Source: Thermoanaerobaculia bacterium (GTDB lineage: Bacteria; Acidobacteriota; Thermoanaerobaculia; UBA5066). From it: DNA of 64,000 bases. Location of the stretch: assembly GCA_963816185.1 (NCBI GenBank), contig CAWFJJ010000024.1, positions 672,001 to 736,000 of the forward strand. The letters run 5' to 3'. Each line of letters begins with the position of its first letter. Position 1 is the first letter of the stretch. Shown one piece after another: positions 37,611 through 51,436 of this stretch. The translations under genes were made by a program, and so were the position numbers. The notes beneath the pieces were generated by a model, which did not search any database, was not told where the DNA came from, and saw only the letters and a program-made list of their open reading frames with translations.

Positions 37611-38800
37611 GATTCGCGTCGCGCGCTTCCCGTGTCGCCGGCTCGGCGACGTTCGCGGTCATGAAGGCCGCGGCGGAGCTGCGCGCCAAAGGCATCGACG
37701 TCGTGGACTTCGGCCCGGGGGAGCCCGACTTTCCGACGCCGGCGTTCGTGAAACGCGCCGCGATCGACGCGATCGAGTCGGACTTCACGAAATACACCGA
37801 CTCCTCGGGCACTCCGGAGCTGCGCGAGGCGATCGCCGCGCGGTACCGGGCGAAGTGGAACGCGCCGTACACGGCCGCTGAGGTCGTCGTGACGGCCGGC
37901 GGCAAGCAGGCGCTGCACACGGCCTGCCTCGCGCTCTTCGAAGAGGGCGACGACGTCCTCGTGCCCGTGCCGTACTGGGTGTCCTTTCCCGAGATGGTGA
38001 CGCTTTCGGGGGCGCGAACCGTGTTCGTGCCCATTCCCGCCGGCGCTCTCTTCCGTTTGACGGCGGCCGACGTGGCGCGCGCCGCGACGCCCGCGACGCG
38101 GGGACTCATCGTGAACACGCCGAACAACCCGACGGGTGCCGTCGTGGATCCTTCGGAGATCGAAGCCATCGTCCGTCTCGCGGCTTCGCGCGGCTGGACG
38201 GTGCTCTTCGACGAGTGCTACGACCGCTTCGTCTTCGAAGGGAAGCATCTCTCGGCGGCCTCGCTGGCCGAACGATTCCCCGAGACGATTCTCGTGGTCG
38301 GGACGCTTTCGAAGACGTATGCGATGACGGGCTGGCGCGTCGGCTTCGCACTCGGTCCGAAGCCTCTCATCGATCTCATGGGCCGCGTCGTGGGCCATGC
38401 GACCTCGAACGTCTGCTCGATCACGCAGCGGGCGGCGGTCGCGGCGCTGACTCGGCTCGACGAGGCGCGGCCCGCCGTGGAAGGCATGATGGCCGAGTAC
38501 GCGCGCCGGAGAGAGTTCCTCATTCCGGCCCTGAACGCCCTCCCGGGCGTGACGTGCGCGGCTCCAGGCGGCACGTTCTACGCCTTTCCGGACGTCTCGG
38601 CCCATTACGGAAGAACGATCGGCGGACATGCGGTCACCGGCTCTCAGAGCTTCGCGAAGGCGCTTCTCGAAACCGTCGCCGTGGCCGTGACTCCCGGCAT
38701 CGCGTTCGGCGAGGACCGCTGCGTCCGGATCTCGTTCGCCACCTCCCGCGCTCGAATCGAAGAAGGCGTCGCCCGGCTCAGCCGGGCGCTCGCGGGTTAA
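37607..38800 (+). CDS. class I/II PLP-dependent (aspartate-type) aminotransferase
   Basis: GEPDFPTP, NTPNNPTG, DECY, SKTYAMTGWRVG. Confidence 0.93.
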   Translation: MRFASRASRVAGSATFAVMKAAAELRAKGIDVVDFGPGEPDFPTPAFVKRAAIDAIESDFTKYTDSSGTPELREAIAARYRAKWNAPYTAAEVVVTAGGKQALHTACLALFEEGDDVLVPVPYWVSFPEMVTLSGARTVFVPIPAGALFRLTAADVARAATPATRGLIVNTPNNPTGAVVDPSEIEAIVRLAASRGWTVLFDECYDRFVFEGKHLSAASLAERFPETILVVGTLSKTYAMTGWRVGFALGPKPLIDLMGRVVGHATSNVCSITQRAAVAALTRLDEARPAVEGMMAEYARRREFLIPALNALPGVTCAAPGGTFYAFPDVSAHYGRTIGGHAVTGSQSFAKALLETVAVAVTPGIAFGEDRCVRISFATSRARIEEGVARLSRALAG

Positions 38801-38878
38801 AGGGCTCCGTCACCGCGCCTTCAAGCCGCCCGTGAGAGCGCTTACACTTCCCGAAGACCTCACGGAAGGGGAGAGTTA

Positions 38879-40425
<1,547 letters not shown>

Positions 40426-40436
<11 letters not shown>

Positions 40437-41724
40437 GCCGAGCTATACGCCGCTCGGTGACCTTTGCGACTCCGAGCGGGGAATAACCTATGGAATCGTA
40501 AAAGTAGGCGACTTTGTTCCCGGCGGCGTCCGAGTGATTCGAGGTGGAGACATTCGCAATGGGCGTATCGCATTCGATGACGAGAAGAGAGTCACAGAGG
40601 GGATTAGCCAGCAGTTTCAGCGAACCATCCTCAAGGGCGGCGAAATCATTATCAACTTGATCGCTGAGCCCGGACACACCGCCATCGTGCCGCAGGATCT
40701 GGCTGGCGCAAATGTCTCGCGCGACGTCGGCGTGATTCCCCTTAACAACTCGGTTGATCACCGGTATGTCGACTACTGCCTTAAGTCGCCGCAGGCCATT
40801 CAATGGCTCACCGCGCGGCTACAGGGCAGCGTGACACAGAAGATCAACCTCGGAACGCTTCGTGACCTACCCATCCCGACTCCTACCGTGGAGGAACAGA
40901 GCGCTATAGCCGGAATTCTCGGCGCTCTCGACGACAAGATCGAGCTAAACCGACGGATGAACGAGACGCTTGAGGCGATGGCACGGGCGATCTTCAAGTC
41001 CTGGTTCGTCGACTTCGACGTCGTCCGCGCCAAGGCGGAAGACCGCGGCTCAAGCCTCCCGAAACCCCTCTCCGCCATCTTCCCCGCCCGCCTTGTGGAC
41101 TCCGACCTGGGCGAGATTCCGGAAGGATGGGGAGTGGGGACCGTCGCTCACTTCTGCACTCTAAATCCGGAAACATGGTCGAAGGAGACACGTCCGCCCA
41201 TTATCAAGTACGTCGATCTCTCGAATACGAAGTGGGGCCGAATCGAGACAGTCACGGCCCATACACAGAAGGACGCGCCGAGTCGGGCGCAGCGGGTCCT
41301 GCGAACGCGAGACACGATTGTCGGTTCGGTACGACCCGGGAACGGCTCGTACGCCTTCGTCTCCGAGGACGGACTTACCGGTAGCACGGGCTTCGCCGTC
41401 CTTCGGCCTCTAAGAGTCGAATACGCGGAGTTCGTGTACTTCGCGGTCACGGCTGCCGGGAACATCGATGCGCTCGCGCACTTGGCGGATGGCGGAGCTT
41501 ATCCGGCGGTACGTCCCGAAGTCGTCGCGGCAACTCAAGCAGTCAAGCCAGGAGATGCCGTGATCGAGAGATTTTCAAGTATTACGCGGCCGCTGCTCGC
41601 CAAGATGGCCGAGAACGAGCGCGGAACCCGCACGCTCGCCGCCCTTCGCGACACTCTGCTGCCGAAGCTGCTGTCGGGCGAGCTTAGGGTGGGGGAGGGA
41701 AACCGACGCGGCGGCCAACCATGA
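40426..41724 (+). CDS. hsdS: type I R-M specificity subunit
   Basis: Two TRDs flanking [38 protein letters not shown]; C-terminal [16 protein letters not shown]. Confidence 0.93.
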
Positions 41725-42785
41725 GCAGAGATGAGCGCCGCTTTGAGCTGCCGAGGAGTATCGAACGGCATCTCGCAACGCTATCGACGCTTTACGCCAA
41801 AGAGGGGCAGACGCAGAAGCAGCGAATCCTCGTCAACGCGCACGTCAGAGTGCATGAGGAATGGAGCAGGGATAATTGGGACGGCGGCACATACGGTCAT
41901 GCGCTCTACCTGGCGGTTCCAGAGGTTCTCTACGTCGAAGTTTTGAGAAAGAAGGAAACCCTCCAGGAGGAAATCAAGGCCGACCTGAATAAGGTCCATA
42001 ACGTCCAGCATGAATTCATCGAGGAGGTGTTCCTGGAGATGGACGTGCCCGCCGATTTGGATTGGCGGCGTGAATCGGGTGTCCTTGAGGCGGGGAAGCG
42101 CGATGTTCCCTCCGATACTCTGAAGCGGATTTGGGGGGACAGTGGATTCCGCGTGTTCTTGAGCCACAAAGCAGAGGTAAAAAAGGAGGCATCTGGCCTT
42201 AAAGAAAGAATTTGCGTGTACGGTGTATCGGCATTTGTGGCGCACGAAGACATCCACCCGACAAAGGAATGGCAGGACGAAATTGAAAGCGCCTTGTCCT
42301 CGATGGATGCTTTCGTAGCCCTTATGACGGACAACTTTCACGACAGCCTCTGGACTGACCAGGAGGTGGGGTATGCGCTTGGTCGCGGCGTACCGATCAT
42401 CGCTGTGAAGTTGGGCCGCGATCCATATGGGTTCATCGGCCGATTTCAGGCGCTGTCGTGTGGTTGGTCGGACGTGGCCGAAGGAATCACGAAGCTTCTC
42501 GTGAAGACATCACGCATGAAGGATGCGTATGTCGCCGCGGTGGCAAGGTGTCGGAGCTATGATGACGGTAACTTACTCGCAAGAGTACTCGGTAGTATCG
42601 ATGGACTTACAACCGCTCAGGGCGATGCGCTGGCAGTTGCGTTCAACGAGAACCCGGAGGTGAGCGGAAGTTTTGGCTTTAGCGGAACGTGGGCTGCAAA
42701 GCACGGAGAAGGTTTGATTCCTCATCTTATACGGACAACTGGCCGTGGGTACCATCTGGCGAAAACCGGAAAGATCCAAGTGTGA
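41721..42785 (+). CDS. TIR-domain protein with unknown N-terminal domain
   Basis: RVFLSH, AFVAHEDI, SLWTDQEVGYA (catalytic-position Glu); ATGA-coupled to hsdS; lower GC. Confidence 0.85.
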   Translation: MSRDERRFELPRSIERHLATLSTLYAKEGQTQKQRILVNAHVRVHEEWSRDNWDGGTYGHALYLAVPEVLYVEVLRKKETLQEEIKADLNKVHNVQHEFIEEVFLEMDVPADLDWRRESGVLEAGKRDVPSDTLKRIWGDSGFRVFLSHKAEVKKEASGLKERICVYGVSAFVAHEDIHPTKEWQDEIESALSSMDAFVALMTDNFHDSLWTDQEVGYALGRGVPIIAVKLGRDPYGFIGRFQALSCGWSDVAEGITKLLVKTSRMKDAYVAAVARCRSYDDGNLLARVLGSIDGLTTAQGDALAVAFNENPEVSGSFGFSGTWAAKHGEGLIPHLIRTTGRGYHLAKTGKIQV

Positions 42786-42974
42786 GTGTGACCGAATGCG
42801 TGTCTGCACCCTAGGTCCAGCGGCGTGTCGTGCGTGCTTGGACCTGTTGCGAGGAGCAGCGGTGTCGGATCAGGGGCTGAGTCCGTTGAGCGTTCGGCCA
42901 TCAGCCGTCTCTTGGCCGACCTGGGTGTTAGCAGATGCTCATACATGCCTTCGGAGGGCCCGAAGCCCATCCGG

Positions 42975-43547
42975 TCAAAGTGCGCGTTTCGACGTCTGCG
43001 CACGCAGCGTCTTCAACACCTTGTTGACGATCTTCAGGTCGAATCGCTCCGGGTCGTAGCGTGGGCCGGCCCATTTCCTCATCTGCGTGTGCTCCTCGTG
43101 CTTAGGGTCGCGCCAGGCCTCGAGGAAGTCCTCGTAGCCGGGGATGCCGCCGCAGTCCTCGGGCGGAGCGGAGCGAGCGCCGTCGAGGCAGATGGGGTAG
43201 CGCACAGCGGGGTCAGGAGCGAATCGCTTCTCGACGGCGATGTCGTGGATCCATTCGTCGCCGAGGTCGTAGACGTACGTGAAGCGGTCAACGTCCGGCG
43301 AGACCAGGCCACCGAGGCGAGTCGTGCGCGGGTGGCGTGGGAAGGGCGGCTCGGCGACCTTCGCCCGCCCGACGTTGAACTCGTAGAGGTGGGCATGTTT
43401 CCAGCCAAACGACCACTGGATGATCTCGTGAAGAAGGTGGAACGTCCGGGTGCTCGTGACCTGGATGACGCGAAAGACCGGCGGCTCGATTTCGCGGATC
43501 TGAATCCGGAGCTGGAGCGCCTCTTCGGGGAAAGCCGCGGCTTTCAT
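42975..43547 (-). CDS. plasmid pRiA4b ORF-3-like protein
   Basis: LHEIIQWSFGWKHAHLYEF, YVYDLGDEWIH, PPEDCGGIPGY. Confidence 0.88.
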   Translation of the reverse strand: MKAAAFPEEALQLRIQIREIEPPVFRVIQVTSTRTFHLLHEIIQWSFGWKHAHLYEFNVGRAKVAEPPFPRHPRTTRLGGLVSPDVDRFTYVYDLGDEWIHDIAVEKRFAPDPAVRYPICLDGARSAPPEDCGGIPGYEDFLEAWRDPKHEEHTQMRKWAGPRYDPERFDLKIVNKVLKTLRAQTSKRAL

Positions 43548-43577
43548 GGGCGTAGAATTCTGTCTCATGAAAGCCGC
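43530..43577. promoter_or_regulatory. palindromic junction, putative bidirectional leaderless promoter/operator
   Basis: GCGGCTTTCATG-N17-CATGAAAGCCGC; TAGAAT (+) and CAGAAT (-) overlap 8-9 nt upstream of the two ATGs; extra palindrome GAAAGCCGCGGCTTTC at 43530-43545. Confidence 0.55.
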
Positions 43578-43890
43578 CGAAGCAATTCCTGCAGGCCGAA
43601 TAGCGGCTTCGACAGAGGTCATCGCCGGCTTCTGCCGGCGGCATCACATCCGCAAGCTCTCGTTGTTCGGCTCCGTGCTGCGCGACGACTTCCGTCCGGA
43701 GAGCGACGTCGACGTTCTCGTCGAGTTCGAGCCCGCCCACGTTCCCGGATTTATTCGAATGGCAGCGATGGAGAACGAACTCTCGGTGTTGCTAGGACGA
43801 AAGATTGACCTGTTGACCCCGAACTCGATCAGCCACTATTTTCGCGAGAGGGTTCTTCGGGAAGCGTGCCTGCTGCATGACGCAGCATGA
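43567..43890 (+). CDS. minimal nucleotidyltransferase antitoxin (MntA-like)
   Basis: LFGSVLRDDFRPESDVDVLV (GS-X10-DXD). Confidence 0.9.
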   Translation: MKAAEAIPAGRIAASTEVIAGFCRRHHIRKLSLFGSVLRDDFRPESDVDVLVEFEPAHVPGFIRMAAMENELSVLLGRKIDLLTPNSISHYFRERVLREACLLHDAA

Positions 43891-44224
43891 AGCGCTCGTT
43901 CGACTCGGGCACATGCTGGAAGCGTCGCGAGAAGCGACGGAGCTCGCCCGAGGGAAGACGCGGCAGTATCTCAGTCAGAACCGGCTTCTCGAGCTCGCAT
44001 TGACGCGTCTCGTGGAGATTGTGGGCGAGGCCGCCTCCCGGGTCCCGAAAGAGGATCAGGCGCGCTTTCCGGACATTCCATGGGCCGACATCGTGGGAAT
44101 GCGAAACCGTCTCGTTCACGGCTATACGGAGATCGACATCGACGCGCTGTGGAGCACGATAGAAGAGGATCTGCCGGCGCTTGTCCCACTGCTCGAAGCC
44201 GCCTTGGGGCCCGGTCGGAAATAG
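43877..44224 (+). CDS. HEPN (DUF86/HepT-like) ribonuclease toxin
   Basis: IVGEAA, IPW, MRNRLVHGY (RX4HXY). Confidence 0.9.
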   Translation: MTQHEALVRLGHMLEASREATELARGKTRQYLSQNRLLELALTRLVEIVGEAASRVPKEDQARFPDIPWADIVGMRNRLVHGYTEIDIDALWSTIEEDLPALVPLLEAALGPGRK

Positions 44225-44230
44225 ATCACG

Positions 44231-47803
<3,573 letters not shown>

Positions 47804-47813
47804 CGGCTCGCTC

Positions 47814-50405
47814 GTGAAGAAGCCGAAGCGAGTCTCTGGGATGAATCGGGGGTTGGCCCCGATGGACGCGATGGTCGACGCATCCGACCAGTACGCGGTG
47901 GCGCTGTCCTTTGCCAGCGAAGACGAGGCCCTGGTGAGGGGCGTGTATCGGTATCTACGTTCGCACGAGATCAACGCGTTCTTCGCCCCATCGAAGATCA
48001 GTCAGCTCTGGGGCAAAGACGAGCATGAGTTTGAACGGATCTACGGACCGGGTTCGCGGTACGTGGTCCCATTCATCTCCGAGCACTATATTCGCAAGGA
48101 ATGGCCACGGCTCGAGTTCCGAGCGGCACGAAAGGAGGCGCGCATCCGCGATGCGGAGTTCATCCTTCCCGTCCGCGTTGATGACACGGCACTGCCGGGG
48201 CTGCGGAGGAAAACGCAGTACGTTGACGCCCGGCAGCACACTCCGAAAGAGATTGCAGCATTCCTCATCGAGAAACTCGAGGCCGATGTGAGAACGTCCG
48301 ATGCGGCGCCCATCATTCGTCGCCCGAGGAAGCAGATTCGCATGCTACGCGACGATGAGCGCGAGTTACTCGGCCTTCTCGCGACCGTGCCGCTCCCTCT
48401 GCCCACGGCTCATTTGCGCGCTCTCGTCCCAGAAGGCAGATGGGCTACGCGCATTCCCCGTTGGCGCAGCCTCGGCATCGTCACGAGTGACGTGCGCGGA
48501 TTCGATGACGTTGATTCAAGACTCCGTCGGCAACTGCTAGCGGATAAGCCCGCCGCGACTAGATGGCGAGAACGGTGGGTTGCGCTCCTTGCTCCGCTGC
48601 AGATGCATACGGATACCGGGCTGATGCTTGCGCTCGAACTCATCGGTCTGCGTCGGGTTGGCGAAGCCGTGGACGTTCTCGCTTCAATCGCGGTCGGTCT
48701 CGAGCCTGGTTTTTGGAATAGCCTCTACCTGACCACCTTTTCGGGCCTAGCGGGGTCAACGTTCGTAAGGTCGGCTGATTCCGCCGCTCGAGTCAAGTTC
48801 CACAACGCATACGGCGTGGTGCTTTCACGGAACGGCGATCACAGGGAGGCACTCGCGCAGTTCACGCAGCTCCGCGCTCTCAGCCGCAGAGGGCGCAACG
48901 CGTGGGGCGAGGGTCAGTCCTATATCAACGCTGGCGTCGCAGCGGCAGGGACGGACGACGTCCCGGCCGCGATGGCCTGGTACAAGAAGGCTGCTGCGTT
49001 CGGCAAGAAGCATCGAGACTACGTGCTGGCCGGTCGCGCGGTCGGCAACATGGCGAACTTCGTCGGCCCTGCGGCCGCGACCGAGCTCCTCGAGGAAAGC
49101 GAACGGTTCAAGCTCCGCGGCGGAGACATCGAAGGACTCGCCGGAACCGCTGTCGTTCGCGGCAACGTAGCTGTTCAGCAGGCCGATCTCGTTGGTGCCG
49201 CGAGGCACTACCGTCACGCGGTTCAACTCGCGAGGAAGCTTGATCTGCTGTACCTTCGTGCCGTGGCCTCGCGAAGCCTTGCGCAGACCGAAGCGGGTCG
49301 CGGCCGACCGAAGAAGGCATATCCACTATACCGAGAGTCGGCGCGAATCTGTCAGGCGGAAGGCTTCGTTGCAGACCATGCTCATGCCGTCGCAGGCGAG
49401 GCGCTGGCACGGATGGCCGCAGGTGAGTTTGCACGCGCTGGGAAACTCTTCGAAGCACTGGCGGAGCTCCATCGCCAGGCGGGACAACGTGAGCAGGCGG
49501 CGGTCGCGCGACATGACGTGGGTGCGATGTTCGCAGCGCGCCGGCGTCAGGCAGAGGCATACCGCGTCTTCATCAATGTGATTCGTGAGTTTAAGGAATA
49601 TCGCGTTCATGCGTGGGTGAGACGGACTCAGGTAGATGCAGCCACAGTCGCTCCCGATGAGGGCACAGCCGCATCGCTCCTACGTAGCGCACGACGCGGA
49701 GCGGCGTCGGCCAAGGACTTCGAGACGCTACAGCGGGCTACGGTGCAGCTAGTCAGACGCCGGTTGGACCGAAACGACGTCAGAGGCGCCGTGCGGGAGA
49801 TGGATATCGCGCTTCGGACGCTTCCTTCGCCTCTCGATCTTCCGTTGCTTGCGGATCGCTTCCGCTTCATTCTCGAATCGCATCATGATCGGCGAGTCGC
49901 GCCGGCCTTTCACCGCTTGGTTGCCGTCGCCAGAGCCGCCCACGCCCGGGAGCGCGTCATCGATGCACACATGGAAGCTGGTGATTACCTGTGGGCGAAG
50001 GAGTCAGCGCGGGAGCGCGCCAACGCGTATCAGGCATACGCCGTCGCGATGATAGAGGCTGGCCAACTGGACGAAGCCACGTTGATGAAAGCCTGCATGC
50101 ACATCTTCGGCCGCCTCTACGCGGCCGCCAAACGGGAAGACGCCGAGGTGCTCACGCGCCTCGAAGAGGCGACGCATGCCTGGCTTCGGAAGCAAAATGC
50201 TCGGCACGCATCAGGCCTGATTCAGTTCACGCTCTGGCCTCTCCGCTTGGCGGCGCGCATCTGGGCACTCCCCGACCACGGTCGGCGGTTGTCGAAGCGC
50301 AAGGCTCAGTTCATCCTGACTGAGGAATTCCAAATGGCGTTAGGCAGAGCGGCTTCACCGAAAAGGAAGACACGTGTCCGTCAGCGTGTGTCCGCAAAGC
50401 GATAG
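47814..50405 (+). CDS. TIR domain + winged-helix-like + TPR protein
   Basis: YAVALSFASED, WPRLE, ILPVRVDD TIR; ERELLGLLA..PLP segment; long TPR-like region; lower GC. Confidence 0.8.
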   Translation: MKKPKRVSGMNRGLAPMDAMVDASDQYAVALSFASEDEALVRGVYRYLRSHEINAFFAPSKISQLWGKDEHEFERIYGPGSRYVVPFISEHYIRKEWPRLEFRAARKEARIRDAEFILPVRVDDTALPGLRRKTQYVDARQHTPKEIAAFLIEKLEADVRTSDAAPIIRRPRKQIRMLRDDERELLGLLATVPLPLPTAHLRALVPEGRWATRIPRWRSLGIVTSDVRGFDDVDSRLRRQLLADKPAATRWRERWVALLAPLQMHTDTGLMLALELIGLRRVGEAVDVLASIAVGLEPGFWNSLYLTTFSGLAGSTFVRSADSAARVKFHNAYGVVLSRNGDHREALAQFTQLRALSRRGRNAWGEGQSYINAGVAAAGTDDVPAAMAWYKKAAAFGKKHRDYVLAGRAVGNMANFVGPAAATELLEESERFKLRGGDIEGLAGTAVVRGNVAVQQADLVGAARHYRHAVQLARKLDLLYLRAVASRSLAQTEAGRGRPKKAYPLYRESARICQAEGFVADHAHAVAGEALARMAAGEFARAGKLFEALAELHRQAGQREQAAVARHDVGAMFAARRRQAEAYRVFINVIREFKEYRVHAWVRRTQVDAATVAPDEGTAASLLRSARRGAASAKDFETLQRATVQLVRRRLDRNDVRGAVREMDIALRTLPSPLDLPLLADRFRFILESHHDRRVAPAFHRLVAVARAAHARERVIDAHMEAGDYLWAKESARERANAYQAYAVAMIEAGQLDEATLMKACMHIFGRLYAAAKREDAEVLTRLEEATHAWLRKQNARHASGLIQFTLWPLRLAARIWALPDHGRRLSKRKAQFILTEEFQMALGRAASPKRKTRVRQRVSAKR

Positions 50406-50442
50406 GTGAGAAGACTCACCGTCCGAGTTCCGGGGTTTCGTC

Positions 50443-51426
50443 CTAGCGGTAGCGCACGTCGGCCGGCGTGGCGGGCGGGGGAGCCGGCTCGAGGGCGACG
50501 CGGTCGCGGCCGGCTTTCTTGGCGGCATAGAGGGCGGCGTCCGCGCGGGCGACGAGCGATTCGAGCGAGGTCCTGTCGAAGAGGCCCTGATGGATGGCGA
50601 CGCCGGCGGAGACCGTGATCGGGAGCGGGATCCGCGGAGGCCCGAGGGATGCGACGGCCATCCGGATCCGCTCCAGCGCGTGCAGGGCCGCCTCGGCGTC
50701 TGCTTCCACGAGGAGCACGATGAATTCTTCGCCGCCATACCGGCCCGCCGCGTCGATGCCGCGGACGGTGCGCGCCACGGCGCGCGCGACGGCCGTCAAC
50801 GCGGCGTCTCCGGCGAGGTGTCCGAACCGGTCGTTGAACTTCTTGAAATGGTCGACGTCGAGCATTGCGATCGCGAGGCTCCTCCCCGTCCGGCTCGAGC
50901 GGGCGAGCTCGGCCAGGGCGCGCTCCTCGAAGGCCGCACGGTTTAGGAGGCCGGTCAGCGGGTCCGTGGTGGCGCGCGTGAAAAGGCTCCTCTCCTGCTC
51001 GGCGACGCGCGGAAGAAGGAGCGCCGTGAAGAGAACGAACCCCGCCCCGAGCGGCGATACGAGCGGCGTCGCGACGAGGACCTGCCGCCGGGCGGCGAGC
51101 TCGGCGAGCGCCGCGAGGACGAGCACGCTGGAAGCGGCGAAGAGGAACGCGCGCGTGCGCCGGCCGCCGCGCGCCAGGTCCGAGAGGAACGCGACGGCCA
51201 CGAGGGGAAGGCACACCCCGAGGCCCGTCTCGACCCGGTGGCGCGCGGGCCCGTCGAAGAGGAACGGGGCGCCGAGAAACGCCGCGACGCCGAGCGCGAG
51301 CGCCGCGTAGAGGGCGAGGTGCATCCGCGCGCGGGCGGCGCCGAGCAGCGTGAGCGCGAGAATCCCGAACGACGCGGCGGTCAGCGCGAAGAGGAGCGTC
51401 GCGACCCGCGTGTTCGAGAGCCACAT
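50443..51426 (-). CDS. membrane-bound diguanylate cyclase
   Basis: About 5 TMs, TDPLTGLLNR, DVDHFKKFND, RGID I-site, GGEEF. Confidence 0.92.
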   Translation of the reverse strand: MWLSNTRVATLLFALTAASFGILALTLLGAARARMHLALYAALALGVAAFLGAPFLFDGPARHRVETGLGVCLPLVAVAFLSDLARGGRRTRAFLFAASSVLVLAALAELAARRQVLVATPLVSPLGAGFVLFTALLLPRVAEQERSLFTRATTDPLTGLLNRAAFEERALAELARSSRTGRSLAIAMLDVDHFKKFNDRFGHLAGDAALTAVARAVARTVRGIDAAGRYGGEEFIVLLVEADAEAALHALERIRMAVASLGPPRIPLPITVSAGVAIHQGLFDRTSLESLVARADAALYAAKKAGRDRVALEPAPPPATPADVRYR

Positions 51427-51436
51427 CCCGCCGGGC

